Shown piece after piece: positions 37,701-52,937 of a stretch of 64,000 bases of DNA (within the stretch, counting starts at the first letter, position 1; every line of letters begins with the position of its first letter). The stretch comes from Cenococcum geophilum (lineage: Eukaryota). Both the position numbers and the translations under genes were made by a program. The notes beneath the pieces were generated by a model. That model did not search any database, was not told where the DNA came from, and saw only the letters and a list, made by a program, of their open reading frames with translations. The stretch is from positions 3,596,001 through 3,660,000 of the forward strand of contig CP158635.1 of the NCBI GenBank assembly GCA_050273025.1, given 5' to 3'.

Positions 37701-39349
37701 ATTTCTATAACTAAGGCATTCCTAATACTGCCTTATCCCGTCCTAACGGTAGGATATTAAAAGATATCTTAATTCGTCTTCCTTTAATGGTTATCTAAAT
37801 AGGTCCTATTTTAAGGTTAATAATCCCTCCTCTATAGGCTATAAGATCTCCTAAAATTATAACTAATAGGTAAGATTGTTCCTTCTATCTATAAGGTAAT
37901 CCCATTCTCTTAACTGCTATTAGTAAGATATAATTTCGCATTACTCTACTATCTATTAGCGCTTTAAACTGCTAATCTTACCATTTAACTCATAAATTTA
38001 GGTATTGTCCTTAAATTCCTTTAAGGGTCTAAGGCTCTACTACTAGCTCCCTCTAGTCCTATAGGCCTCTACTTTTCCTAACTATTAGCTGCTTAATCCT
38101 ACCGCACTTAGCTTACTCTTTAGCTAATAACTAGTTTGCTTTTTATCTTTAATATACTATAGACATATATTCTTTAGGCATTCCCACTACTATTGTCTAT
38201 CTAAACATTCTTCCATAAGGAATCTTTTTAGTTAAAGTATTAAGTCTTCTAACTCTTAAACTTCTACTAGGTACTAACTATGTATATACTTAGCGTTTCT
38301 ATATTTCGCCTTGTCTAATAACCAATATATCCTTACTAGGTACTTTCGGTTCTTATCTTTTAATGCTTTATATATATTACATATATTATCCATATATATA
38401 ATCTATACCAACGTATAATATACTAGGTATTTTAGGTTAACTCTTAACTCGTCTTTATCTTTAAGTTTAAACCTTTCTTATATTAATCTAAGCGTTGCGA
38501 CTTTATTTGCAGGTACTATAATTTACCTCTTACTTCTCTAGTTCTCTAATTACTCCTCTAGATCTTTTAATATTATAATTAAGGCTCCTTTAATATAACT
38601 TATGGCCTTTTCTATAATTAGGTGGTCTTAGACAACTTTTTTATCTAACTATATATAGAAATCTTCCCACTCGTTGTTATGCCTTTGTCTATACCACTTT
38701 TAGTATAGCCCTTTAAGTATATACGGCTTGTCCGTAAGGAAGTATCTTCTTATTATTGCGTTATAACAGCCCTTTATATGTCGTTCTTTAAACCTAGTAG
38801 AAATTCCTAGATCCTCTTCATTTTCCAGTTCGATAAGCTACTTAGCTCTTAGTATACCTACCTTAGGCCTATTAGTAATCCTTTATACCGGCGCCCTATC
38901 CCTTATACGTCCTAATATACTAGATCTCTTATCTAGTTTCTGTTCTTGCTATACGATAATTCTTTGCCTAAACTCTTCTATGGTTTCTTTTAGTTTGCGT
39001 CTCGCGCTTAGATCCTTAAAGTTTTCTTACCTCTTAATCTTGGTATTAACTTTTTAATCTTTAGGCCGAATACTGCGTTCCCCTAGTAAGTCTTCTGGGC
39101 CTATATACCTGTCTCCTAGTCTAACTGCTATTTATACTACAGATTCTCTAATCTATAACAAAGCCTCTTACCTTTTACTTATAGGTGTCCTAATTTATAC
39201 TCCAAATTCTTAGTCCCTTGGATTCTTTAATCCTAAGCTTGCTTCTAACTTAAGCTTAGCTTCAGCCTTAGTTTAACTAGGCTTACTTAATGTTCTTATC
39301 TTATCTTAAAAGTCTTAAATCTCACTTATCTCGTCTTAAGAGTCTTGTG

Positions 39350-39655
39350 CCTGTGGGAAACTCTATCCCGAGCTTATTCGTATATCTTTAAACTAAGCTA
39401 CTGCTCTGCTCTATTGGTTATCGTCCATTATAGGTCCTTAAGCTTGCCTTATCTCGTCTTAAGAATCTTAGTCGTCTTTTATCTTATCTTAAGAATCTTA
39501 AGCCTGTGGGAAACTCTGTCCCGAGCTTATTCGTATATCTTTAAACTAAGCTACTACTCTGCTCTATTGGTTATTGTCCGTTATAGGTCCTTAAGCTTGC
39601 CTTATCTTGTCTTAAGAATCTTGGTTATCTCTTATCTCATCTTAAGAATCTTAAG
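39350..39655. repeat. 153-bp in-frame tandem duplication inside the gag region of D2
   Basis: CCTGTGGGAAACTC at 39350 and 39503; the region is single-copy in D1, D3 and D4. Confidence 0.9.
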
Positions 39656-42106
39656 CCTTTGGCCTTTTGCCTTTATCGAGTGCCGAAGTAGTTTGCTGTC
39701 CTACTTCTCTTACGTTTCGCAAAGCGATAGATATCGTGTCTAGTAGGGTCTTAATCTCTACTAATATTCCCTATTCTATAGTGGAATTATCCTCTACCTC
39801 TAGTGTAACATCTCTAATAGCTGCATATTCCTAGTAAACCGCCTTTATTACCTTATCGTTACGGAATATTTCGCCTACGTTAAATTTATTATCTTTAATA
39901 TCCGATCTACGAACTAGTTCGTTAGTTCCTTAATATTTTAATAAACTTAGCTCCTATAGCTAATAGCTTGCGCCATACTTAGCGTCCTTATAAATTTAGT
40001 ATGCGTTATTATAATAAAACGCAAAACTTTTAATTAAACACTCCTTTATTCCTCGCAGCATATTATTATTCCTCTATACGTATATATTATCTACTAGTCT
40101 TATCCCTTTTACTATATAGTAACTCTACCTACTTCTATAGTCTCTAATATAATAACCTTATTTTCCGTAATTTATATAAGCTCCCTCTTTAAACTATTTT
40201 TCTTGTTATAGAGTCCGCCTAAACGTCTTCTGCTACTAAGATCCCTAGTTTAGCCTCTACTCCTTAAACCTTTAATCACTTAATCCTTATCCTCTAGGTT
40301 TTTATAGTCGTTTACTCTATCTCTTATAGGCTTCTTTAGTACCGCTTAGGTCCATTAGCTCTGCGCTATACTATAGTTTCTAACTTAGCTTTAGTTATTA
40401 TATACTCTACGCCTTATATAACTATAGAACTCTATCTTAGCCTCTCTTAGCCTATTCCCTTTAGTAGATCTAATTATTAATCTTAATCGCTTAATCTATT
40501 AGTTCCCTTAGGGTGTTTATATCTTCTATTAGGATAATTACGTCCTAGACTTTAGCCTTAAGTCCTTACTTATACTGTGCCATAAGCGCCTTATTATTCC
40601 ACTCTACTTATATTGCCAGCGTCTGGAACTACGTTATATACTTAATTGCTAAGGTTTATTACGTAATATTTTAGAGTTTTCTTTTCGCTATGGTTACTGC
40701 CTCTAGGTCTCTAAATATTTATATAAGTTATTCCGCGAATCCTTCCTAGCTTAAGAATATAAACCGCACCTCTTAATTAGTGGTTATTATTCCGTTTACT
40801 TATATCTCCATAAGGTAAGGCTTAAACTATTTAAGTGCCTTCCCCGATAGGAATAGTCCTACATACGCTATTCGATCCATAGGTATTAGTAGCTTAGCTC
40901 CTTCTTGCGTAACCTTAAAGTATATCTATATAAGGAATCCCTTAAGCTTTAATCTTTCTCCTAAGTACCTTTCAATTAATAGTAGCTTAATCTTTACTGC
41001 TCTTATCCTATTAACCCTTTCTTCTAACGCTACATTATTAGTTATTAACTAGTTAACTATCTCCTATAGTTATCCAACCGTTACAGGTTGCTATAAGTTA
41101 GTGTCTGCTATACTAGTATTGTTACCTAACCTTAAAGTAGTTGCCGCCGTTAATGGCGTTATAGTAGCTGCTTTTAGTGGCATGTTATTTAACTTTCTAT
41201 ATTAATACCGTAACTAGGTAGTAATTGTATAACGGAACCTTATAGCAAGAACTACAATAGGCTTGTTAATGGGCTAGGTATATAGGAAATGTAAGTATAA
41301 AAGTTAATAACGTAATAATAACTGGTAGAGTGGTTGCCTAATAGATTAACTCTAATTGTATTCTAAGAATTACTACAAGGAAGGAACTATCTAGGTAGGG
41401 ACTAAGGGTCCTTAAATACACAACCGTACTCCTATAAAATCCTTTTTATATATAATATACGTCTTATACATAAGGTACGTAAGTTCCTCTTGTTTCTCTC
41501 GTTTAATACATAGCATATTATATAACCTCGGCTACTATTTCTCGTCACATAGTTCTACCGGTTCCATTTTAGACCGTGCCTAAATTAACCAACTAGCTTC
41601 TTCCAACTCTTCCCCAAGTAGTTATAACATTGTACTTAAAGCGTCCGTAACAAAAAAGTTAGTAAATTATATAGTATAGAACTATAAGATAGAGTTAGAA
41701 CTAAAAATAAGTTTAAGGTTCTTTTTAATTTATAAGCTTTACTTAAGAGGAGTTTAGAGTACTTAAAGAGTTTATTTAAAAAAACTTATAAAAGGGATAT
41801 ATTAGACTATTATAGTTATTAGTGGGATATCTAGTATTATTTGTACTAAAGAAGAATAGAAAACTTAGGCTATATATTAACTATAAATAGTTAAATAGTA
41901 TTACTTAGAAGGATAGGTATCCTTTACCCTTAATTAGCGAAATTTAGGATTAAATAGGTAATGCGTAAATCTTTATAAAGATAGATCTAAAATAGGCGTA
42001 TTATTAGATTAGAATTAAAAAAGGTAATACATAAAAAGTAGCCTTTAGGTTAAGAAAGGACTATATATACTATTAGTTATATAATTTAGATTAATAAATA
42101 CACTAG

Positions 42107-45100
42107 TATAACGAAGCCGTGTAGAAATACTACGGTAGACTTATTAATAGGCTAGGTATATAAATATAGAATAGTTAACAACGTAAATATAACTGGTAGA
42201 GTAGTTGCCTAATAGATTAACTCTAATTATATTCTAAGATTTACTATAAAGGAGAGAACTATCTAAGTAGGGATTATAGTTTTTTTTAAATATAACTATA
42301 CTCCTAAGAAATCCCCTTTATACGTAAGGTACGTATTATATATATTATATATACATTCCCTTTATACACTATGTATACTACGTATAATATTATATAACCT
42401 TAGCTACTATTCCTTATTATATAGCTCTATTAGCTCTATTCTAGACTATACCTAAATTAACGAACTAGCTTCTTCTAACTTTTCTCTTAGTAGTTATAAT
42501 ATTGTACTTAAAGCGTTCGTAATACTATCTCCCTCCTTTTTATCTTTATCCTTAAAGATTCTAAATATCTCTAAGTTATTTACTAGAGGTGTAATATCCG
42601 TTTAATTAATTTGGTTAATATTATTACTTATTATACCTAAGGCTCCTTCTTCTTTATAAGCGCGACGTCGTGCTTATACTATTACTGCGATATTATCTCT
42701 TAGTGAGATTATACTATCTCCGTATTCTCGCTATTTAAAAAAGGGGTTAGTTTACATTACGTTAACGAACCTATCTTCGTAATAACCGTCTTTTTATATA
42801 AAGTATACTAAAGCGAATATTTATTTATCCTATAACGTTTACTTTATCTCTAATACTAAATATATATAACCTATTGCTCTTAATAGTTGTCTAGTTCCTT
42901 AATTAATTTATCTTAGGGTTTTATATTTAATCTATTACTATATAGCTAGATAGTAAACTATTTTAGGCTCTTGCTAAGCTAGAATGCTCTTATAATATAG
43001 AGTAGAAGGCCCTAAAGGCTTATATTATAGTATCCGCTTAGCTACTCCGTCTTAAAAAGGTCCATTTTAAGAAGTAAAAACTTATAGAATAAGGTTTATA
43101 GGAACTTAGTAATAAAAGAACGGATTTTCTTCTAATAGGGAAGGAAATAGATTTAAGTAGTTTGGCAACTGCTCTTCTTAGGTCCCTCTTAGATAACTTA
43201 TTCTTTAGTAATCCTTTTTTATTAATACTGCCTAACCTAATCTCTTTTAATACTCCTATACCTTTCTTATAGCGTTTTTTAGATTCTTTAGTAGTTTTTA
43301 AGTAGTTTTAGTATAGCCTATCTACTTAACCTTATACTATATTTCGTTATTAATATTCTTATAATTAATGATTTTTAAAACTTACTACTTATCTTCCTTT
43401 TATTCTCTATATATATCTACCTTATAAACCAGTGGCTTAATATTTCCATATACTAGCTCTACTATTACGATATACTATATAGGGTAGATATTTATCTTGG
43501 CTAATAGGTTTAACTTAAACGTAATTAGTGAAATCTTTTATATAATTTTAAAAGGTCCTAGTCTGACGTAGTCTAACTTCTTGCTTAGTTATTAACTTTT
43601 AAAATTTTTATATAGTAGCTATACTTTATCTCCCTCCTTAAGATCTAGTCCCTTAGATCTTTTAGTATTATAGTACTTCTTTATTCTTTTTTATACCTTT
43701 TTTATTAATTTTATAAGGTCTATATAAAGATTTATTAGTATCTTTATCCTTTCTTTAGCTGTACTACTTGTTTTCTTTACTTATTATAGTCACAATAATA
43801 TTTTTGGCTTATATCTATAATTTGCCTTAAATAGTAATATACCTATTCCTTCCTGTGGTGTTACATTATATATAAACTATATAACTAGTAATAGCAATAC
43901 CTAATTATTTTATACGTGATTAATATAATGTCTTAAATACTGTTCTAGTATCTAATTTAATCTTTTTATTTAACCGTCTGTCTGCGGGTAATATACGGTA
44001 GAAGTTACTACTCTAACTCCTTACTCTGCTAAGAATACTTCTTAAAATGCTGCTATAAATCTTAAATCTCTATCCGATATAATCTTATTTAGTACTCTAT
44101 GTCTTATAAACACTTCTTTAATATAGATTTTAGCGATATCTTCTACTAAGATTTTTTCTGTATATGCTATAAAGTAGCCCTACTTAGTTAACTTATCTAC
44201 TATTACTAAGATTACGTTATAATCTTATCTAGTAATAGAATTTCTTAACTTTAGTAACTTAATAATAAAGTCCTATAATATAACCTCCTATAGTCTCTCT
44301 AGTATTTTAATAGGTTATAGCCCTTTATATAGCTTATGCCTTATTAGTTTATTCCTTTAATAATCTAGATACTTTTTTATTACTTTTTTACGATATTTTA
44401 GATTCTGTTAATAATGTATTCTTTTTAAAGTCTTAATACTAAGCCTATTGCTCTATTATGTCCCTAAGTTATTTCCTTATAGAAATCTTTTATAAAATGC
44501 TCTGCTATGCTTTTTAGGATATACTTTGCTTCCTAATTTTTGTATATATCCATCTATAGATCTTTTAGCTATTTTTTTAGAATTCTTTATACCTAAAAGC
44601 TTTTTAGTGTCTTATAGACTTTTTCTAATTTGTTATTCTTTTAAGTTGCTACTAGCTTAGGGTAATTATATCTACTCTATCTATCCTTATCTCTGTATAG
44701 CATTACTCCTAATAGTTTCTTATTATTCTATAGTTTAGCCTTTCTACTAAGTGCGTCTACCCTTATATTCTTAGTTCCTTTAGTATACTAAATTTTAAAA
44801 TAGTATTCTATAAGCATTTCTACCTATTTAACTTATCTTTAATTAAGTTCTTTTGTTATTAGAAACCCCGTTAGGTTCTTGTAATCTATCTTAACTATAA
44901 ATAGTTTCTCTGCACCTTATAAGAATACTCTTTATTCCTTAAATACTGTAACTATACTTAATAACTCCTTATTATAGACATTATAGTTTAACTCTAGTAG
45001 TATTATCTTTCTACTATAATATAATACCGGGTGCTATACATTCTTATACTTTTATAGTAAGTATACTCCTAGTATATAATCTAATATATTTGTCTCTATA

Positions 45101-48100
45101 ACCGTATCTAATCCTAGTTAATAGATTTTAAGGATTAGCTCCTAGGTAAATAGCTCTTTAAGTTCCTTAAATAACTTTCTTTATTTATCTCCCTATGCCT
45201 ATAGTTCCTTTTTCTTTATAAGCCTAGTAAATAGTTTAATGTTCTTTAACTATTGTGTTATAAACCTTCTATAGTAGTTGTAAACCCCTAAGAATAACCT
45301 TAACTATATTATATTCTTTAGTTCTTACTAACTTACTATAGCTTTAATCTTCTTTAGGTCCATATTAATATAACCTAGTTTAATAATAAATCTATTAAAA
45401 TTGGTCTTCCTTATAAAGAACTTGTATTTTTTAATTGCTACTAGTATCTATTCTTTCTATAGTCTCTTTAAGACCTATTTAATATATTCCCTATATTCTT
45501 CCTTAGTTATTAAGTAGATAATAATATTATTAAGGTATACTATAATAAACTTATTAAGGTGTTCTCCTAATACACTATTAATTCGTTTCTAAAATATTAC
45601 TAGTATATTTATTAATCCGAATTATATAACTAATAGTTTATATAGTCCTTTTCTTAATCTAAAGGCTGCCTTTTATTTGTTACCTTTCTTAATTTTAATC
45701 TAATAGTATACCTATCTTAGATCTATCTTTATAAAGATTTATACATTACTTATCCAGTCTTAGATCTTACTAATTAAGGGTAAAAGATACTTATCTTTCT
45801 AAGTAATGCTATTTAACTACCTATAGTTAATATATAATCTAAGTTTTCTATTTTTCTTTAGTATAAATAGTACTGGATAACCTACTAATAACTGTAATAG
45901 TCTAATATATCCCTTTTATAGGTTTTCTTAAATAAACTCTTTAAGTACTTTAAACTCTTCTTTAGTAAGCTTATAGGTTAGGAAGAACCTTAGACTTATT
46001 CTTAGTTCTAACTCTATTTTATAGTTTTATACTATATAATTTGCTAGCTTTTTACTCTTTGGGCTCTATAGTTTCTTATTATACTTATAGTATCTTTTTG
46101 GTATATAACTTAAGCTCCGCTTAGTCTCTTTATATATTACTTTAACTTAGTACTATACTAACTTAGTTTACTATTATATTTTACGGCGTTAAGTATTTTT
46201 AATATTAACTTAACTTGTAATCTAATTAATCCTTAGATTATATTCCTATAACTAAGGTATTTTTAATACTGCCTTATCCCGTCCTAATAGTAGAATATTA
46301 AAAGATATCTTAATTTATTTTCCTTTAATGGTTATTTAAATAGGTCCTGTTTTAAGATTAATAATCCTTCCTTCGTAGGCTATTAGATCTCCTAAAATTA
46401 TAATTAATAGGTAAAGTTGCTCCTTCTGTCTATAAGGTAACCCTATTCTCTTAACTACTACTAATAAGATATGGTTTCGCGTTACTCCACTATTTATTAG
46501 CGCTTTAAACTACTAATTTTGCTATTTAACTTATAAATTTAGGTATTGTCCTTAAATTCCTTTAAGGGTCTAAGGCTCTACTACTAGTTCCCTCTAGTTT
46601 TATAGGCCTTTACTTTTCCTAACTATTAGCTGCTTAATCCTATTACGCTTAGCTTACTTTTCGGCTAATACCTAGTTCGCTTTTTATCCTTAATATACTA
46701 TAAATATATATTCTCTAGGTATTCCCACTACTATTATCCGTCTAAGTATTCTTCTATAAGGAATCTTTTTAGTTAAAGTATTAAGTCTCCTAACTCTTAG
46801 ACTTCTATTAAATGCTATCTATATATATATTTAGCATTCCTATATTATTACTTATCTAGCGCCCAATATATCCTTATAGGGTATTTCCAATTCTTTTCTT
46901 TTAAAATTTTATATATTTTGTATATATCGTCTATATATATAATCTAAGATAGCGTATAGTATGCTAGGTGCTTTAGGTTAACTCTTAACTTATCTTTATT
47001 TTTAAGTTTAAACCTCTATTATACTAATCTAAATATTATAACTTTATTTATAAGTACTAAGATGCGTCTTTTACTCCTCTAGTCCTCTAATTATTTCTCT
47101 AGATCCTTTAATATTATAATTAAGGCTCCTTTAATATAAGTTATGGCCTTCTCTATAATTAGGTGGTCCTAAATAACTTATTTATCTAACTATATATAGA
47201 AATCTTTCTACTTATTATTATATTGTTGTCTATACCACTTTTAGTATAGCTACTAGAGTGTATATAGCCTGTCTGTAAGAAAGTATCTCCTTATTACTAC
47301 GTTATAATAGCCCTTTATATATTATTCTTTAAACCTAATAGGGATCCCTAGATCCTCTTCGTTTTTTTAGTTTAATAAGCTACTTAGCTCTTAGTATGCC
47401 TACTCTAAGCCTATTAGTAATTCTTTATATAGGTGCTCTGTCCCTTATACGTCTTAATATACTAGATCTCTTATCTAGTTTCTATTCTTACTATACGATA
47501 ATTCTTTACCTAAATTCTTTTATAGTTTCTTTTGGTTTGCGTCTTATAAATAAATCTTTAAAGTTCTCTTACTTCTTAATCGTGGTATTAACTTTTTAAT
47601 CCTTTTACTAAGCCCTACTCGTAATTTCTTTAATAGTCTTTATTCTATTGCTAAAATTTTAGTCCTATAAGATTCTTAATCCTAAGCTTACTTCTATCTT
47701 AAGCTTAGCTCTAGCCTTAGTTTAATTAGGCTTTACTAGTGTTCTTATTTCTTCTTAAGAGTCTTAAATCTTACTTATCTTATTTTAAGAATCTTATATC
47801 TTTAGAAAACTTCGTCCTAAGCTTATTCGTATATTGCTAAACTAAGCCGTTGCTCTACTCTATTAGTTATCGTCCATTATAGGTCCTTAAGCTTACCTCA
47901 TCTTATCTTAAGAATCTTAGTTATCTTTTATCTCTTTTTAAGAATCTTAAGCCTTTAGCCTTTTGCCTTTATTAAGTGCTAAAGTAGTTTACTATTTTAC
48001 TTCTCTTACGTCTTATAAAGCGATAGACATTATATCTAGTAGGGTTTTAATCCCTACTAATGTTTCCTATTTTATAGTGGAATTATCTTTTACCTCTTAT

Positions 48101-49932
48101 ATAATATCTCTAAGGTCTATATACTTCTAGTAAGCTGCCCTTATTACCTTATCGTTATAGAATATTTTACCTATATTAAACTTATTATCCTTAATATCTA
48201 ATCTATAAACTGGTTTATTAGTTCCTCTAAACTCTAATAATTTTAGCTCCTATAGCTAGTAGCTTATATTATACTTAGCATCTTTATAAATTTAGTATAT
48301 GTTATTATAACAAAACGTAAAACTTTTAATTAAATATTCTTTTATTCCTTATAGTATATTATTATCCCTCTATATATATATATTATCTACTAGTTTTATT
48401 CCTTTTACTATATAGTAGCTCTGCCCACTCTTATAGTCTTTAATATAATAACCCTATTTTCCGTAATTTATATAAGCTCCTTCTTTAAACTATTTTTTCT
48501 ATTATAGAGTCCGCCTAAACGTCTTCTGCTACTAAGATCCCTAGTTTAACCTTTGCTCCTTAGACCTTTAATTACTTAATCCTTATCCTCTAGGTTTCTA
48601 TAATTTCTTATTTTATTTCTTAGATTTTTTGGTACTACTTAGGTTTATTAGCTTTCCGCCATACCATAGTTTCTAATTTAGCTTTAGTCGTTGCGTACTT
48701 TACGCCTTATATAACTATAGAACTCTATCCTAACCTCTCTTAGCCTGTTCCCTTTAGTAGATCTAATTATTAATCTTAATTGCTTAATTTATTAGTTCCC
48801 GTAGGGTTTCCGCATCTTCTATTAGGATAATCGCGTCCTAGACCTTAGCCTTAAGTCCTTACTTATACTGTGCCATAAGCGCCTTATTATTCTACTTAAC
48901 TTACGTTGCTAACGTCTAGAACTGCGTTATATACTTAATTACTAAGGTTTATTACATAATATCTTAGAGTTTTCTTTTAGCTATAGTTACTGCCTTCAGG
49001 TCCCTAAATATTTATATAAGTTGCTCTGTAAACCCTTCCTAGCTTATAAATATAAACCGTACTTCTTAATTAGTGGTTATTATTTTATTTACTTATATTT
49101 CCATAAGGTAAGGCTTAAACTACTTAAGTGCTCTTCCTAATAGGAATAGTCCCGCATATACTATTCGATCTATAAGTATTAGCAGCTTCGCTCCCTCTTG
49201 CGTAACCTTAAAATACATTTATATAAGGAATCCTTTAAGTTTTAATCTTTCCTTTAAGTACCTTTTAATTAATAGTAACTTGATCTTTACTGCTCCTATC
49301 CCATTAATTCTATTTTCTAGCGTTATATTGTTTTCTGTTAGCTAGTTAACTATTTCTTATAGTTGTCCGACCGTTACAGGTTGCTATAAGTTAGTATTGG
49401 CTATGCTAGTGTTATTTCCTAACCCCGAAGTAGTTGCCGCCGTCAATAGCGTTATAGTGGCTGCTTTTGGTGGCATGTTGTTTAACTTCTTTTACTATAA
49501 CCTTAGTAGTAAATGTGTAACAAAGCTGTGTAGGAATACTACGGTAGACTTGTTAATGGGCTAGGTATATAGGTATAAAATAGTTAACAATGTAAATATA
49601 ATTAGTGGAGTGGTTGCCTAACAGATTAACTTTAATTATATTCTGAGATTTACTACAAAGGAAAGAACTATCTAGGTAGGGACTGTGGTCCTTTTAAATA
49701 CAACCATACTCCTAAGAAATCCCCTTTATACGTGAGGTACGTGTTGTACGTATTATACATACATTCCCTTTATACACTGCGTACACTGCGTATAACATTA
49801 TATGACCTTAGTTACTATTCCTCGTTATATAGCTCTATTGGCTCCATTTTAGACTATGCCTGGATTAACCAACTAGCTTCTTTTAACTCCTCTCCTAGTA
49901 GTCGTAATATTGTACTTAAAGCGTTCGTAACA
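42107..49932 (-). mobile_element. Full-length Gypsy/chromovirus D3 (7826 bp)
   Basis: LTRs at 42107-42524 and 49516-49932; TSD ACTAG at 42102-42106 and 49933-49937; inserted in the RT of D4. Confidence 0.95.
42633..43305 (+). pseudogene. Antisense Zn2Cys6-like spliced gene, D3 copy
   Basis: Colinear with 34079-34763, reading (M)PKAPSSL*ARRRAYTITAILSLSEIILSPYSRYLKKGLVY, with the same intron position. Confidence 0.65.
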
Positions 49933-52269
49933 ACTAGTAATGTTTTAGAAAAGAATTAATAGTATATTAGGAGAATACCTTAATAAGTTTATTATGGTAT
50001 ACCTTAATAATATTATTATCTACTTAATAACTAAGAAAGAATACAGGGAATACGTTAAATAGGTCTTAAAGAGACTATAAGAAAAATAAATACTAGTAGT
50101 AATTAAGAAATGCAAGTTCTTTATAAAGAAGACTAATTTTATTAGATTTATTATTAAATTAAGTTATATTAATATAGACCTAAAGAAAATTAAAGCTATA
50201 GTAAGTTAGTAAGAACTAAAGAATATAATATAATTAAGGTTATTTTTAGGGTTTTATAACTATTATAGAAGGTTTATAATATAATAGTTAAAGAATATTA
50301 AACCGTTTACTAAACTTATAAAGAAAAAGGAACTATAGGTATAGGGAGATAAATTAAAAAAGTTATTTAAGGAACTTAAAGAGTTATTTACCTAGGAACT
50401 AATTCTTAAGATTTACTAACTAGAACTAGACATGGTTATAAAAATAAATATATTAGACTTTATACTAGGAATATACTTATAATAAAAGTATAGGAATATA
50501 TAGCATCTAATAGTATACTATAGTTGGAGGATAATACTACTAAAGTTAAACTATAACGTCTATAATAAGGAGTTATTAGGTATAGTTATAGTATTTAAAA
50601 AATAAAAAGCATTCTTATAAGGCGTAGAAAAACTATTTATAGTTAAGATAAATTATAAGAACTTAATAGGGTTTCTAATAATAAAAAAACTTAATTATAG
50701 ATAAGTTAAATAGGTAGAGATGCTTATAGAATACTATTTTAAGATTTAGTATATTAAAGGAACTAAGAATATAAGAGTAAATATACTTACTAGAAAAGCT
50801 AAACTATGGAATAATAAGAAACTATTAGGAGTAATACTATACAGAGATAAGGATAAATAGATTAGATATAACTACCCTAAACTAATAATAACTTAAGAGG
50901 ATAATAAACTAAAAAGAGTCTATAAGATACTAGAAAGCTTTTAGGTATAAAGAATTCTAAAAGTATAACTAGAAGATTTATAGATAGATATATATATAAA
51001 TTAAGAAGTAAAGTATATCCTAAAGAGTATAGCAGAGCATTTTATAGAAGATTTCTATAAGGGAATAACTTAAGGACATAATGGAGCAATAGGCTTAGTA
51101 TTAAGACTTTAGAAAGTTTTTTTTATTTTTTTTATATCTATTATATTAGAAAGAATATATTATTAATAGAATTTAAAATATTATAAGAAAAGTAATAAAA
51201 GAATATCTAAATTGTTAAAGGAATAAACTAATAAGGTATAAGCTATATAGAGGGCTATAACCTATTAAAATACTAAAGAGACTATAGGAGGTTATATTAT
51301 AGGACTTTATTATTAAGTTACTAAAGTTAAAAGATCCCTATTACCGGATAAGAGTATAATATAATCCTTATAATAGTAAATAAGTTAACTAAATAGGGCT
51401 ACTTTATAGTATATATAGAAGAAATCTTAGCGAAGGATATTACTAGAATCTATATTAAAGAAGTGTTTATAAGATATAGAGTACTAAGTAAGATTATATT
51501 AGATAGAGATTTAAGATTTATAGTAGTATTTTAGGAGGTATTCTTAGCGGAATAAGGAGTTAGAGTAGTAACTTTTACTATATATTATCCGCAGACGGAC
51601 GGATAAATAAAAAGATTAAATTAGATACTAGAATAGTATCTAAGATATTATATTAATTATATATAAAATAATTGGGTATTATTATTACTAGTTATATAGT
51701 TTATATATAATATAATACTATAAAAAGGAATAAGTATATTACTATTTAAGGCAAATTATAGATATAAGTTAAGAATATTATTATTACTATAATAAGTAAA
51801 GAAAATAAGTAGTATAGCTAAAGAAAGAATAAAGACGTTAATAAATCTTTATATAGACCTTATAGAATTAGTAAAAAAGGTATAAAAAAGAATAAAATGG
51901 TATTATAACGCTAAGAGATCTAAAGGACTAAATCTTAAGAAAGGGGATAAAGTATAGCTACTATATAAAAACTTTAAAAGTTAATAACTAAGTAAGAAGT
52001 TAAACTATATTAAACTAAGACCTTTTAAAATTATATAGAGGATTTTACTAGTTATATTTAAATTAAACCTACTAGCTAAAATAAAGATCTACCCTATATA
52101 GTATATTACGATACTAAAGCTAGTATATAAAAATATTAAACTACTAATTTATAAAGCAGACACGTATAAAGAATAAAAAGAAGATAAATAGTAAGTTTTA
52201 AAGATTATTAGTTATAAGGACATTAACAATAAAATATAGTATAAAGTTAAGTAAATAGGCTATAATAAG

Positions 52270-52937
52270 ACTACTTAGGAGCTATTAAAAAATCTAAAGA
52301 ATGCTATAGAAAAGGTATAGGAGTATTAGAAGAGATTAGATTAGGTAATATTAATAAAGAAAAATTACTAAAAAATAAGCCACCTAAGGGGGACCTAAGA
52401 AAAGTAGTTACCGAACTACTTAAATCTATTTCCTTCTTAGTTAAAGAAAAATCTGTTTTTTTATTACTAAGTTTCTATAAACTTTATTCTATAAGTTTCT
52501 ACTCCTTAAAATAGACCTTATTATAACTCTTTTTAAGACGGAGTAACTAAGTGGATGCTATAATATAGGTATTTAAGGCTTTCTACTTTATGTTATAGAA
52601 ATGTTCTAACTTAGTAAGGGCTTAAGATAACTTATTATTAAGATAAGTAGTAGTAGATTAAATATAAGACCCTAAAATTAATTAATTAAGGGATTACATA
52701 ACTATTAAAAGTAATAAAGTGTATATATTTAGTATTAAAAGTAAAGTAAATATTTACTTTAGTGCACTTTAAGTAAGAGGACAGTTATTGCGAAGATAGA
52801 CTTAATAATGTAATATAAATTAACCCCTCTTTCGCATAATAAGAATATAAAGATAGTATAATTTTACTAAGCAATAATATTATAGCAACGGTATAAGTAT
52901 AATGTTAGGCGTATAAAAAAGAAGAAGCTTTAGGTAT
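52270..52937 (-). pseudogene. Antisense Zn2Cys6-like spliced gene, D4 copy
   Basis: Reverse-complement homologue of 34079-34763; SSYLKCTK retained; in frame through LLRLKKSYNKVYFKE*KL. Confidence 0.6.

Larger units (their letters stand above)
33546..41652 (-). mobile_element. Full-length Gypsy/chromovirus D2 (8107 bp)
   Basis: 425-bp LTRs at 33546-33970 and 41228-41652; TSD AAAAA; PPT next to 33970; chromodomain at about 34740-34860. Confidence 0.95.

Noticed and set aside
39345..39743. 132-aa hydrophobic ORF with an internal repeat
   Set aside because: Antisense shadow of the D2 gag duplication; not kept open in D1, D3 or D4.
47396..47599. 67-aa plus-strand ORF
   Set aside because: Antisense to the D3 gag region; I/L/Y-rich composition is a RIP artefact.
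49732..49959. 75-aa ORF
   Set aside because: Lies in the D3 LTR and runs across the insertion junction.
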